Positions 38,525 through 49,109 of a DNA stretch of 64,000 nt are shown in pieces. The notes below the pieces were generated by a model that was not told the origin of the DNA, made no database searches, and saw only the letters and a program-made list of their open reading frames with translations. The translations under genes were made by a program, and so were the position numbers. The number at the start of each line of letters is the position of its first letter. Position 1 is the first letter of the stretch. Location: assembly GCA_965203465.1 (NCBI GenBank), contig CBDBCR010000001.1, positions 736,001 to 800,000 on the forward strand, in the 5' to 3' direction. The stretch comes from Nitrosopumilaceae archaeon. GTDB lineage: Archaea > Thermoproteota > Nitrososphaeria > Nitrososphaerales > Nitrosopumilaceae.

Positions 38525-39451
38525 ATGTCGCGCGCCAACCTCAACGGCATGTCATTCTACGCGGTTTTTCAATACGCCGCGTGGTGCCATAAACACGGTG
38601 AAAAGCAGGCCATGGCCTTCGATGCAAAGCAGTTCTTTGACGATTATCTGGGCGGGCAAGGCCACACGGCCTCCCGGCACGCGGTCTTGGGGGCCTGTTT
38701 GCCCGGTTTTCACCGCCTTGACCGAGAGTGGGCTAGATCGCTGCCACAAAGAGTAACGTCTTCCAAAGAGAGAAAGATCGCGTTCTGGGACGGATACGTT
38801 TCTGGCAGACAAATGTACGCGCACGTGTTTGGTGAACTTTGGAAGTGGTATGACGAGTTCGCCAACAAAGGGATTGCGCGCGATCTGGATATGGCGCAGA
38901 TCCACGAGTCTACGATAGCCCACGTCATGCTGGCGTACTTTTACGGTCTGGAGCACGCAGATGACATAGTAGAAAAGCTGCTCAGACTAAGAGACTGCAA
39001 ATCGATGGCACGCTGCGTGCAGCAGACCGGTTTTATTCTGCGTGGCAAAGGCGACGATCCGAATTTTGACAGAAAAAAACTGGCCAACCTTTGGAAGCAT
39101 GCCGCTTTCGAAAACCATGATCTCGGCATGTGGTTCACGAACACCCCGATGGACAGAAAAACTTCCATAGGCCTGTACCGGGATCACATGACGCGGAACC
39201 GGGGCAAGATCCAGATTGCCTACGACACGGTACGCGAGCTTGACGAGTACGCCAAAGATTTCCCGGAGGAGGTCGCCGAGTGCCTAGAGGTGCTTATAGA
39301 CGGATACGCAGAGGGTGACGTGCCCAAAGAATTTTGCGAGGTTTTTGATGTGGTGTACAAGTCAGAAGATCCACACGTCAAGGCCACGTGCAACAAGGTG
39401 GTGGTAAAGGCGGCTAGGCTGAAACTGAATTGGAGGTATCGGGTCAGGTGA
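38525..39451 (+). CDS. Alpha-helical repeat protein (probable 3' part of the preceding gene)
   Basis: Same frame as 36278-38515, separated by TGA plus three sense codons. Confidence 0.55.
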   Translation: MSRANLNGMSFYAVFQYAAWCHKHGEKQAMAFDAKQFFDDYLGGQGHTASRHAVLGACLPGFHRLDREWARSLPQRVTSSKERKIAFWDGYVSGRQMYAHVFGELWKWYDEFANKGIARDLDMAQIHESTIAHVMLAYFYGLEHADDIVEKLLRLRDCKSMARCVQQTGFILRGKGDDPNFDRKKLANLWKHAAFENHDLGMWFTNTPMDRKTSIGLYRDHMTRNRGKIQIAYDTVRELDEYAKDFPEEVAECLEVLIDGYAEGDVPKEFCEVFDVVYKSEDPHVKATCNKVVVKAARLKLNWRYRVR

Positions 39452-39851
39452 CCGCGAGGGTTTAGTCAGGTCCAGGCGCCCGTGCGGCCGGGATCCGAAA
39501 CCCGCCGTCCTTTGGCTCGCACTACGCGCCGAACCTACCGCCGGGCTGAGCCGACTCTCGGGGAAACCGCGCAGGCCTAGCCGCTTGCCCTGCCGCCCCG
39601 GCCCGGCGCCTGCGTGCTCTGCTACGCGCAACGTCCCAGCCCGTCCCGAGCCGTCTTGTCGGAGCACCGGCTCAGTCAAGCAGCCATGGTTCGGCACCAC
39701 TACGCATATGGCCGCCCGAAAATCAGATCAGGCCGGCCCGCCCACCTGTCCGTAGCAGTCTGGATACTTCTGGCGCGCCCATCTCTAACAGGGGCGCACG
39801 AGCCGGACGGACCCTGAACACTATAAAAACCGCCTAGAACGCCGCCGCGCG

Positions 39852-42326
39852 ATGCGCGTGCAGTCTTGGACGAACGTCGGAGCAAAGTCCGTATTTTGCT
39901 TCTTCGCCTTAGTGTTCCTGGCCTCCAGCGGCGGCCACACCGACCACTGGGACGGCAAGATATACTACCTGATATCCGAATCCATAGTGCAGAACGGCTC
40001 GCTGGAGCTCCGCCGGGATCTCCCGTCGGCAAGCGTGATCGATTTCGACGTAGACTTGGTAATGGCGCAATCTTACGAGCTTCAGAACCCCGGCGAGACT
40101 GTGTGCCTGAACGGATGGGACTTTGACGCCAGAACGTGCAATCCGCACGAGCTGCAGGACGACTGGGCCGATCCAGCGCTGCCCGACGCCATCTACACCA
40201 CGGTGCCGCCCCTGCTCCCCCTCTTGGGGGCGCCGCTGTACGCGACAGAGCGGCTGGCAGGGATGCCCGGCCAGCTGGCCCCGTTCCTCCTGAACCCGCT
40301 TATACTGGCCGGCACGGCCGCGGTGCTGTTCCGGCTGTCCGACGAGATATTCCGCTCCAGAGCAAAGGCGTTCGTGCTGGCCCTGGCGTTCGGCGTGTGC
40401 TCTTTTGCGTGGCCCTACGGGGACACGTTCCTGCTGCAGCCCATAGCGGGCCTGTTGCTGGTATTGGCGGTCTATCTGGCGTACACAAGTTCGGGGCGGG
40501 GCGGCATCCTGCTTCCCGCGCTGGCGGGGGCCGCGGCGGTGGGCGTCATATTCGGCCACAGCGCCAGCGTCATATTCGTCCCCGGACTGGTCGCTTTCTT
40601 TGCGCTGTCCAACCGCGACCGGAAAAAGCTCGGCGCGTTCTTCTCCGGTTTTGCGGCAGTCGCGGCGATACAGCTGTGGCTCAACCAGTTCCGGTTCGGC
40701 GACATGCTGGATTTTGGCTACGGCCACCACTCGGGGCTGGAGACGCACGCCTATACGGACGGCCTGCTGGGCCTCATATTCAGCCCGGGGTTCGGCCTGC
40801 TGGTCAACATGCCTCTCCTGATATTGGCCCCGGCGGGCGCCTACCTTCTGTGGAAAAAGCACAGGGCGCTTGCGGCGCTGGTGGGGTACGTTTTTGCCGT
40901 CTCGCTCGTGTACTTTGGGACGCTGGAGAGCCCCGTGTGGCACGGGTTCGGCGGGTGGGGCCCGAGGTACCTGGTGCCTATAATACCCGTCTTGGTGTTG
41001 CCCCTCGGGTTTTTCCTGGACGGGGCAGCCGGGCGGCTCGCGAGGGCCTCGTTCGCGGCGCTTGCCGCCGCCGGCTTTTTCGTCAACCTGATGGGGACCC
41101 TGGTATGGTACCAGCTCGGTTATACCTACGGATGGAATTCGCTCCGGGCCGACGGCGTGCCGCTCGAGATGCAGATGGACCTGTTCCAGTGGGCGCCGCA
41201 GTACGCCCCCGCGTCGCTCCACTGGAACGTGCTGACTTTGGGATACTGGGATCTCATACAGCCGGCGCCGGGGCAGGCGTACTGGCCCGCGTGCGTGCCC
41301 GACGTGCTGCTGCACTGCAGTTTCGGCCTCTGGATAGTCCCCGCGCTGGTAGCCGTGGCCGCTGCCGGATTTTGGATCTCGACTACTCTCTGGGCGGGCA
41401 GCCCGAGGCGCGCGCTCGCGGCGGCCAGGCAGCGTTTGCTCGGCAGGAGCGCATACGCGGCGGCCGTCCTGGTCCAAAGCCGCCGCGCGCGCACCGCGGG
41501 CTCGGGCCGCAACCGATATTTAGGCTCGGGATCCGGCCCGGCCGTGGACGAATTCTACAGCCCCGTGCCGGACCCCGCCAAAATACCCAGGGAGTTTTTC
41601 GACTCCGAGACCACGTCCATAGACTGGAACGTGGATGTCCAAAAGGAGACGCTCGCGCAGCTCGCCCAATTCGGCCCCGCCTACGAGCCGATCGAAAAGA
41701 ACGACATGTTCGGGTGGCACGACGCGCCGGTGTATTATGCGATGGTGCGCCGCTTCAGGCCGTCCAAGATAATCGAGATAGGCGGGGGCCACTCCACGAA
41801 AGTCTCGGTTGCTGCCTGCCGCGACAACGGTTCGGGGAGCATAACCGTGGTAGATCCGTTCATCGACGATCAGTTCCGGCGCCAGCTGCCCGGCGTCGAG
41901 ATAGTCAAAAAGCCGGTCCAAGAGATTGGGACGGAGTTCTTTGAAGGGTTGCGCGAAAACGACATCCTGTTCATAGATTCTACGCACATCTGCAAGACGT
42001 ACTCTGACGTAAACTATTTGATACTGGAGGTGCTCCCGCGGCTCGGGCCGGGCGTGCTGGTCCACTTTCACGACATCCAGCTGCCCAAGCCGTACCCTCT
42101 CGAGTGGATGGAAAAGTACAAGCTATTCTTCAACGAGCAATATATACTGCAGGCGTTCCTGTACAAAAACGCAGACTTTGAGATAGTCGTGGCCCTAAAG
42201 TACATGGGTACAAAGCACCCCGACCTGCTCAGGGCCATACACACCTCGGAGCCGCCCGGCGGCGGCAGTTTTTGGATCAGAAAAGTTCAGGGCGAGACGC
42301 CGCGCAGCGGCAAGGACCCGTTGTAG
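39852..42326 (+). CDS. GT-C-type membrane protein fused to a class I SAM methyltransferase
   Basis: Polytopic N-terminus (WDGKIYY, GLLGLIFSPGFGL, GWGPRYLVP); C-terminal IIEIGGGHST, ILFIDSTH and VHFHDI. TATAAAAA 22 nt upstream. Confidence 0.75.
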   Translation: MRVQSWTNVGAKSVFCFFALVFLASSGGHTDHWDGKIYYLISESIVQNGSLELRRDLPSASVIDFDVDLVMAQSYELQNPGETVCLNGWDFDARTCNPHELQDDWADPALPDAIYTTVPPLLPLLGAPLYATERLAGMPGQLAPFLLNPLILAGTAAVLFRLSDEIFRSRAKAFVLALAFGVCSFAWPYGDTFLLQPIAGLLLVLAVYLAYTSSGRGGILLPALAGAAAVGVIFGHSASVIFVPGLVAFFALSNRDRKKLGAFFSGFAAVAAIQLWLNQFRFGDMLDFGYGHHSGLETHAYTDGLLGLIFSPGFGLLVNMPLLILAPAGAYLLWKKHRALAALVGYVFAVSLVYFGTLESPVWHGFGGWGPRYLVPIIPVLVLPLGFFLDGAAGRLARASFAALAAAGFFVNLMGTLVWYQLGYTYGWNSLRADGVPLEMQMDLFQWAPQYAPASLHWNVLTLGYWDLIQPAPGQAYWPACVPDVLLHCSFGLWIVPALVAVAAAGFWISTTLWAGSPRRALAAARQRLLGRSAYAAAVLVQSRRARTAGSGRNRYLGSGSGPAVDEFYSPVPDPAKIPREFFDSETTSIDWNVDVQKETLAQLAQFGPAYEPIEKNDMFGWHDAPVYYAMVRRFRPSKIIEIGGGHSTKVSVAACRDNGSGSITVVDPFIDDQFRRQLPGVEIVKKPVQEIGTEFFEGLRENDILFIDSTHICKTYSDVNYLILEVLPRLGPGVLVHFHDIQLPKPYPLEWMEKYKLFFNEQYILQAFLYKNADFEIVVALKYMGTKHPDLLRAIHTSEPPGGGSFWIRKVQGETPRSGKDPL

Positions 42327-45300
42327 GACCTAGATCTGCCGGTGCGCCGGACCAGCCGGCCGTCCTCGGCGCGCCGGGCCAGCGTCTTTCGAAGCGAGGC
42401 CAGGTTCCACGCGACGGCCCGGCGGCGCGCGCGGCTGGCCCCGAAGTCGCCGCGCCGCAGATCCCGAATCAGCATGCCGGCCGTCTCGGCCGCGTACGAA
42501 AAAAACAGCGGCGCCATGTACCGCGCGTCGAAGTTTTTCAGCGCGAACCTGAGCCGGCTCCTCTCCATATAGTGCAGCTTTTGGTCGGCGCCCACCGACG
42601 GCGAGACCTTGTGCCAGGCCTCGGCCTCGGGCACGTACAGCAAGCCGTAGCCTGCGCGTATCATCCGGGCGCACCAGTCCGTCTCGTCAAAGTACAGAAA
42701 ATACCCCGGGTCCATCGCCCCGACCCGGTCTATGGCCTCCTTGCGGACCAGCATGGCCGCCCCGCTCAGATAATCCACCAGGGCGCGCGGCTCGTCGCCG
42801 TAAAAGTTGAGCGGCTTTGACGAGAACGGCGCCACCTTGGGCCACGTGCAGAATACGGATTTCCGGTCCGGCCCCCCCTCGCCCAGGTAGAATATTTTGC
42901 CCGAAGCTGCGGCCAGCGAGGCGTCCCCCTCCAGCTCCTCCAGGAGCGTCTCGGTCCAGCGCGGCGAGGCCAGCGCGTCGGGGTTCAACAAGGCCACGTA
43001 CCTGCCCCGGGCCCGACGCATGCCTATATTGTTGGCCTCGGCGAAGCCGGCGTTGCCGTGGTTGCAGACGAGCTGCACGTCCGGGAACTTTTCGCGCACG
43101 ATGCGCGCCGTCTCGTCAGAGGACGCGTTGTCCACCACGACGGTCTCTGTGTTGGGGTGCGACTGGCCCTCTATGGACCTCAGGCACGCCTCGATGTACC
43201 GCGCAGAGTTCCAGGTCACGACGATAAAGGAGACGAGCGGCTCGGGCCGCGCGGGCCGGACCCTGCCCGTCTCCGCGAGGCCCTCCAGGCTTTTGCGCAG
43301 CTCTGCGAACCTGTCGTCCCACGTGTTGCGCCCCGCGAACTCTTTTCTCTTTTCGGCCGCGCCCGGATCTTCGGACACGGCCTCGTCCAGCTTTGCCGCA
43401 AAGTCCTCCTTCGACGAGGCAAGGTAGCACAGCTCCGACATGGGGCGCAGCTCGGGCATGTCGGTGGCCACGACCGGCTTGCCGGCCGCCAGGTACTCGT
43501 ATATCTTGACGGGGTGGGTGGCCCGTATGAGCTCGGTGTCCTTGAACGGTATGATGCACGCGTCGAAGCAGTGCAGGTAGGCGGGCAGCTCGGCGTACGG
43601 CTTTTCGCCGGGCAGCTCCACGTTGGGCAGATCCAGCGCCGAGACGTCGGCGCCGAACGAGTGGCCTATCAGGACGAACGTGTACCCGGGCCGCCGCTCG
43701 GCCAGATACCGGACGAGATCCGCGTCGAACCAGTCCGAGATGGCCCCGAAATACCCCACCACCGGGCGCGCGCGCCCCGACAGGGGCGCCTCGGCCGGCG
43801 CGGCCCCAAAGTGCCCCGGGTCGCCCGCGTTGGGCAGCATCAGGGCGTTGCCGCGCCGCGAGCACTTTTCGTACAGCGCCCCAGATGTGGCCAGCACCAG
43901 GTCGGCCTCTTTTGCCAGCTTGCGCTCCTCGCCTGCCCGGGCCGAAGAGACGTTGGAAAACTGCGCAAAGTCGTCGAGCACGTCGAATACCACGGGGCAG
44001 CCCAGTCTTTCCTTGAGGCGGCTTGCAAGCGGCTGCCAGGCCGGAAACGAGACGAACAGTATAGGATCCAGGTCCAGGCGGGCCGCGGCTGCCAAAAACG
44101 CCGATTCCAGCCTGTCCAGATCCTTTCCGGAGATCCTGTCGGCGTATATGCCGAGGGGCGCGCAGTCCAGCTCCAGGCCGTAGATGCCCCCTTCCAGCTC
44201 CGAGGCGCGGCAGAACCGGTTCACGGGGCCCAGCTTTGGCCGCACCACGAAGACCCGGTGGCCGTCGGCCGCAAAGCGCCTCATGAGATGGTTGGTGCGC
44301 TGTATCCTAAAGCCCCACTCGGTTATGGGCATGCACACGACGTCCTTTTTGGCGGTCGGCTCCGGGCCGGCAAACCCCGGCGCCGCGCCGGGGGCCTGGG
44401 GGGCGGCCCGCCTCGCCAAGCGGTACAGCGGCAGGACTTTGCCCAGCGTGGAATCGTACCTGCGCAAAAGCCGGAACGTCAGGCTCTGCTGCATGGCGCG
44501 CAGCTCCCCGGACTGCTCGTCGTAGGCCCGGCGCAGCTCTGCGTTCTTTGCTTCCAGCTCGGCGCGCTCTCTGTGGGCGCGGGCGCCCAACGCCAGCGCG
44601 TCCTGCGCGCTGCCCGAGGCTGCCAGGGACAGCGCCCAGTGCCAGGGACCCCCGTACTCTGGCCTCGAGCCCCCGTCCGAGAAGGTCGGCAGCACCACGT
44701 ACTGCACGCCCGCGGCACGCAGGCGCGCGGCAGCCTCGCCAAGCAGCCGGGCCCGCGGGTAGAACAGTTTTTCCGCGCCGGGGCACGATATGCGGTCGGG
44801 GTCCGCGCCGTGCTCCATGTGGGCAGACAGGTAGTCCCCGAACTGCCCGCCAGCCCTTTCGTACAGGCACAGGACCAGCAGGAATTCGGAAGGCAATACG
44901 TGCGCCCATCTGCCGGCCCCGGCCAGGGCCGAGGCGCACTCCATGAATTTTCCGGGCGACCAGTCCCGGACGAAGACTGCCTGGCCGAACAGGGTGCCCG
45001 ACGCGCCGCCGGGGTACTCTATTACGGAGGCTATCTTTTTTCTCAGCTCCTCTATGATTCCGAGGTGCACGCCCAGCGAGTCGGCCCAGAGGCCCAGCAG
45101 CCTGGAGCGACGAGCGCCATCTTCCAGCCCGAACCAGTCTTTGCGCAGGTTCCGCACGTCTTTTTCGAACTCCGGGGCGAGCTCGGCGCCGCAGGCGCGC
45201 AGTATCCTGAGCGTGTAGGTGGTAGAGTACAGGTGCGAGAGCGCGGAGCGCGCCTCCATCTTTCCGGAGGCAAACGAGTCCGGATACCTGCCCATGACCC

Positions 45301-46987
45301 CCAAGAGGGCGTACGTCTCGACGGCCGTGAACAGGTGCGACTTCCAGTCCGGCTCTGATCCCATGCCCGAGACCGGCCAGATCTGTCCTATGCGGTCCAG
45401 CATCTCTTCGGGGACCATGAACGGCCTGTGCGCGCAGAGGTACTTTTCGGAGCTGTTTAGCATCCTGTCCCAGGCCGCGTCGTCGAGCGGGGGCAGGCGC
45501 GTCTTGCCCCTCACCGATATCACCAGATCCAAATCAGATATGCCCGGCGCCGAGACGCTCCCCTGCGAGAGCACGGAGACGTTGCCGTGCGCCTCCAGTT
45601 TTGCTGATACGGACTTTTTGACGGCCTCGTAGTCTTGCCTGGATTTGGGGACCGGCTCGTCTGTCCACTCGAAGGCCGACTGCACGTGGGGCATGTCCGG
45701 GCTCCGGGAGACCAGCCTTGCCGCAAAGCGCGCGGCGAGCTCGCGCAGCTGGCCCGCCAGAGGCCCGAGCTCCGATGCGAGCTCGGGCGGCGGGGGCGCG
45801 TCGAGCGCGCGGCGCTTGTACGAAAGGAGCCAGTCCTTGCCGCCCGGCGGCGGGGCGGCGCCGTACGCGTTGCGGGTTCTGATGCGGCTGCACCGCCCCA
45901 GGGCGGGCAGCTTTTCGCCCCCGAACATCTTTGATACCGCGGCAAAAGAGTCGCGCTTGTACGTGTACTTGCCCTCGGACATGAGAAGCAAGGAGGGCAG
46001 CAGTATGGCCATCTGGACGCGGCGCTTTGCCGAATGCACCGACTCTTTTTCAAAGCCGCCGGCGCCGAGCATGCCGTGGAGGATCTGGTGCATTATGGTC
46101 AGCTCGTCGAATTTGGAGTCGCGCACGCAAAACTCCAGATCGCCGCCCGATACGGTCTTTGAGAATTTGAGCAGCTCGAGCGGGAAAAAGTGCTGCGGGT
46201 AAAACCGCGCGTCCTGGGCAGACGCCAGCATGAGTCCGTGGTGCTGGAACGGGTCCACCCGGAAAAAGTGCTCCCAGGATTCCAGCAGGACCTCCCTCAA
46301 CTCCAGGATCTTTTCGGCCGAAGAGCACACTTCGGCCTTTAGCACGGCGAACGCGTCCAGGTCCGAGCAGCCCTCCACGTAGTCTCTGGTGGCGAGGCTG
46401 CCGTGCAATACCAGCAGGTCGAACGCGGACGGGGCCTTTTCCTGGAGGTGCGCAAAAAGAGAGGCCGCGTGCCTGCCGGGCCCGTCTCCGTCCGGCTCCC
46501 ACGCGGGGGGAGCCGCGGCCTTTTCGGGCCTGCCCCGCCCCTCTGTCATGGACGGCAGTACGGAGTAGAACCTAGCTACGGCGCCGGCGACCTCTTTTAC
46601 GTCGGCCCCGCCGCGCAAAGACGAGACGTCCTCCAAGACTTTGGACAGCGCAGGGTTTTCCGGCACCAGTTTTTCGAGGTAGAACTCGAGCATCGAGCAG
46701 TCCAGCTCGGCCGCGTCGAACCTGCCGGGATGGTCCCCCATGGCCCCGTTGAGGCCGTAGTCGTAGCCGTTTACTATGGATTCGAGCCAGTACCGGAACC
46801 TGTTCTGGACCTGCCCGAGGGCAGTCTCTTCGGGATCAAAGCCGTACGCCCTCATCACGTCGCCGTACTCTGCGCCCGTCCTTTCCAGGTGGGCCGGCAG
46901 GTTGAGGAACGGCGAGGCCTCCATTATGCGGCGCGACATGTCGGGGTTGCGCTTTAGCAGGTGGTAGAATACGTCGGATCTGTCCAT
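42287..46987 (-). CDS. 1566-aa multidomain glycosyltransferase: two Pol-beta-like NTase domains, coiled coil, GT4-like and GT2 domains
   Basis: NTase-like LHGS..SDLD and QGS..SDLD; GT-B domain QRTNHL..VGYFGAI..PVKIYEYLAAGKPVV; GT2 domain VSFIVVTWNS..VVDNASSD..LLNPDA..FLYFDETDW. Confidence 0.8.
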   Translation of the reverse strand: MDRSDVFYHLLKRNPDMSRRIMEASPFLNLPAHLERTGAEYGDVMRAYGFDPEETALGQVQNRFRYWLESIVNGYDYGLNGAMGDHPGRFDAAELDCSMLEFYLEKLVPENPALSKVLEDVSSLRGGADVKEVAGAVARFYSVLPSMTEGRGRPEKAAAPPAWEPDGDGPGRHAASLFAHLQEKAPSAFDLLVLHGSLATRDYVEGCSDLDAFAVLKAEVCSSAEKILELREVLLESWEHFFRVDPFQHHGLMLASAQDARFYPQHFFPLELLKFSKTVSGGDLEFCVRDSKFDELTIMHQILHGMLGAGGFEKESVHSAKRRVQMAILLPSLLLMSEGKYTYKRDSFAAVSKMFGGEKLPALGRCSRIRTRNAYGAAPPPGGKDWLLSYKRRALDAPPPPELASELGPLAGQLRELAARFAARLVSRSPDMPHVQSAFEWTDEPVPKSRQDYEAVKKSVSAKLEAHGNVSVLSQGSVSAPGISDLDLVISVRGKTRLPPLDDAAWDRMLNSSEKYLCAHRPFMVPEEMLDRIGQIWPVSGMGSEPDWKSHLFTAVETYALLGVMGRYPDSFASGKMEARSALSHLYSTTYTLRILRACGAELAPEFEKDVRNLRKDWFGLEDGARRSRLLGLWADSLGVHLGIIEELRKKIASVIEYPGGASGTLFGQAVFVRDWSPGKFMECASALAGAGRWAHVLPSEFLLVLCLYERAGGQFGDYLSAHMEHGADPDRISCPGAEKLFYPRARLLGEAAARLRAAGVQYVVLPTFSDGGSRPEYGGPWHWALSLAASGSAQDALALGARAHRERAELEAKNAELRRAYDEQSGELRAMQQSLTFRLLRRYDSTLGKVLPLYRLARRAAPQAPGAAPGFAGPEPTAKKDVVCMPITEWGFRIQRTNHLMRRFAADGHRVFVVRPKLGPVNRFCRASELEGGIYGLELDCAPLGIYADRISGKDLDRLESAFLAAAARLDLDPILFVSFPAWQPLASRLKERLGCPVVFDVLDDFAQFSNVSSARAGEERKLAKEADLVLATSGALYEKCSRRGNALMLPNAGDPGHFGAAPAEAPLSGRARPVVGYFGAISDWFDADLVRYLAERRPGYTFVLIGHSFGADVSALDLPNVELPGEKPYAELPAYLHCFDACIIPFKDTELIRATHPVKIYEYLAAGKPVVATDMPELRPMSELCYLASSKEDFAAKLDEAVSEDPGAAEKRKEFAGRNTWDDRFAELRKSLEGLAETGRVRPARPEPLVSFIVVTWNSARYIEACLRSIEGQSHPNTETVVVDNASSDETARIVREKFPDVQLVCNHGNAGFAEANNIGMRRARGRYVALLNPDALASPRWTETLLEELEGDASLAAASGKIFYLGEGGPDRKSVFCTWPKVAPFSSKPLNFYGDEPRALVDYLSGAAMLVRKEAIDRVGAMDPGYFLYFDETDWCARMIRAGYGLLYVPEAEAWHKVSPSVGADQKLHYMERSRLRFALKNFDARYMAPLFFSYAAETAGMLIRDLRRGDFGASRARRRAVAWNLASLRKTLARRAEDGRLVRRTGRSRSYNGSLPLRGVSP

Positions 46988-47273
46988 TCAGCCCGCCGCC
47001 CGGATCCCGCATGGGGTGCTTTGTGAAAAGTGCGCCGGCTCCATGTGACAGGACGGGGCGGCGGGCGCGCCAAGCGATATAGACGTTGCGAGGGGGCCGC
47101 AGTCAACAAAGGCGCCGCGTTCGGATCCGAAAATCGATCGCCCGAGCTCTCGGATTTCGCCAGAGGTGCATTTAATCCGAGTCTGGCATGTCCGCCGAAT
47201 CGCGCGCGGCCGGGCGCGGGCGACTTTGGTCAAAGGCCGGCGCAAGGCCGGCAGACGCCGATTACACGCGCCC

Positions 47274-48161
47274 CTAAAAGGTGTCCAGCCGAGTCTGGGT
47301 CTCGTATTTGAATATTAAATCTTCGCACATCTTTTTTAGGCTCTGCAGGGTGGGCGTGCGGTGCTCTGTGGTTTCAAGTTTTGACACCTGGCTCTGCAGA
47401 TCTGGGTTTTGGAGCAGCAGTGACTTTAGTGTTTTGCCGATCCTGGCGGCAAGTTCTCTGCGGTGATTGGCAGAGATCCGATCGGCGTGCTTGTGTGTGA
47501 TCTTGAGTATTTTTTCAAGGGTGTCGGGATCGTCCATCTTGAACTGCCTGTCCGGCGAACTAAAGACGTGTGTAATCAGCCCGCGCAAGACGTACGGGAT
47601 CACCACGTAGTCTTTATCCTCGTGAGAAAACGGATAGAGATACGTGGGTTCGCGGGTGCCCTCGAGCGGTATCTTGTCAAGGCCACCGTCGAGATCGTCG
47701 CGGCCGAGGCTCCCGTCCACCGTGATGCAGTCCCGGCCGAACGTAATGAACGGAAACGAGGTGCCGCGCTTCAAACTGTCGTGGTTTTCCGACTTGTCCA
47801 CGTAGCACACGGTGTGCCCGAATCTGTTCCGGTCATGGATTGTGACGTGGTGCAGTAAATCTTCCGGTGTGAGTTGCCCGTACCTGCCATCCTGCTTTGG
47901 GTCGATGCTGTTTCCTCCCTTGCATTCGGCCACGATGGCGTGAACCGTCCTGTTGGATACGGAAACTACGTCCGGCACTGCCTTTTGCGCAGACTGCAGG
48001 CTGACCGACTGTTCTATCAGTTGTACTTTATACCCCAATTTTGCGAGGACGTTGGGCCAATGTTTCGTGTCCACGCAGAGTCCCATAAACATGTTTACCA
48101 GCCGGGTATGCGTTCCCGCGACCAAGTCAGGCCACCTGTGCGCACCTGTCTTTTGCGTCAT
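47274..48161 (-). CDS. Hypothetical protein with a PD-(D/E)xK-like motif
   Basis: VPDVVSVSNRTVHAIVAECKGG; overlaps the 3' end of the upstream IS-disrupted gene. Confidence 0.6.
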   Translation of the reverse strand: MTQKTGAHRWPDLVAGTHTRLVNMFMGLCVDTKHWPNVLAKLGYKVQLIEQSVSLQSAQKAVPDVVSVSNRTVHAIVAECKGGNSIDPKQDGRYGQLTPEDLLHHVTIHDRNRFGHTVCYVDKSENHDSLKRGTSFPFITFGRDCITVDGSLGRDDLDGGLDKIPLEGTREPTYLYPFSHEDKDYVVIPYVLRGLITHVFSSPDRQFKMDDPDTLEKILKITHKHADRISANHRRELAARIGKTLKSLLLQNPDLQSQVSKLETTEHRTPTLQSLKKMCEDLIFKYETQTRLDTF

Positions 48162-49109
48162 GGTGCATCTGGAGGTTGGTGAGCAGCCTCAGTATGGTGT
48201 TCCCGCAGTTGCCCTTGTCTAGGTATACGCGCATCATGTCGTCGGCTATCTCAAAATCCAATGGGCTGCCGGTGTGCAGATCGATCGCCATGACACCAAA
48301 GTAGCCGTCGGCGATCGATGTTTTTATCCCCCACAGGTTGAACGGCGCCGTCGAACTGAACATCCTCGAAATAAACGCGTCTATGTTCTCTATGCCGTTG
48401 GGGAATTCAAAGTCGAACGGCCTTCCGTCAAACAAATCCAGCCCGTCCACGCGCCGGGTTCCCATGCGCAAGCTCTCGACGCTTTTTACCGACTCTGAAT
48501 AGCGTTTGCGGCACATCTCTATCAAGGCCAGGTGGTCATCTACCGACTTGCCGCGTTTTAGCGCAAAATGCCCGTTGTGGTGAACTTCGTCCTGCGCGTA
48601 GCCGTGCGCGGAAGATGCGGCGCCCCGCATTATCCGCACCATGCTGTTCGCGCACGTCCTGCTTATCTGCGGATCTTTCAGGACCAGCGTTTTCATCTTG
48701 GCCGCTATGGAGCCGCTGATGGTCAGCTTCAGATCTTCGATGTTTGCATCGTCGTCTTCGTCTGATCTCAGGTAGCTATCCGAATATGACACGCCAAAGC
48801 CGTGGAAACTGTTGCCCGGCATTCCCACGATGCTCTCCAGCATATCTGAATGAAGCCACGCATAGTCGAACGCGTGGCGCGTGTCGCGCGTGAGTTTTGC
48901 CATGATCCTGGCCGTATCGTCCGATTTTTCGTTCGTGTGCAGGACGAAGAACCTGGGATCGGTCTTGTCCAGGAAGAACTCGTACGATTTATCCTCCCAC
49001 ACGTTCAGGATTTTTAGGTGGTCCAGCCCGGTGTCCCTTATTTTGCACTGCATGCCGGACGCCTTGAATTCGCTTTCGAGTTCCTTGTCGGACTCCAGTA
49101 TGTACGATT

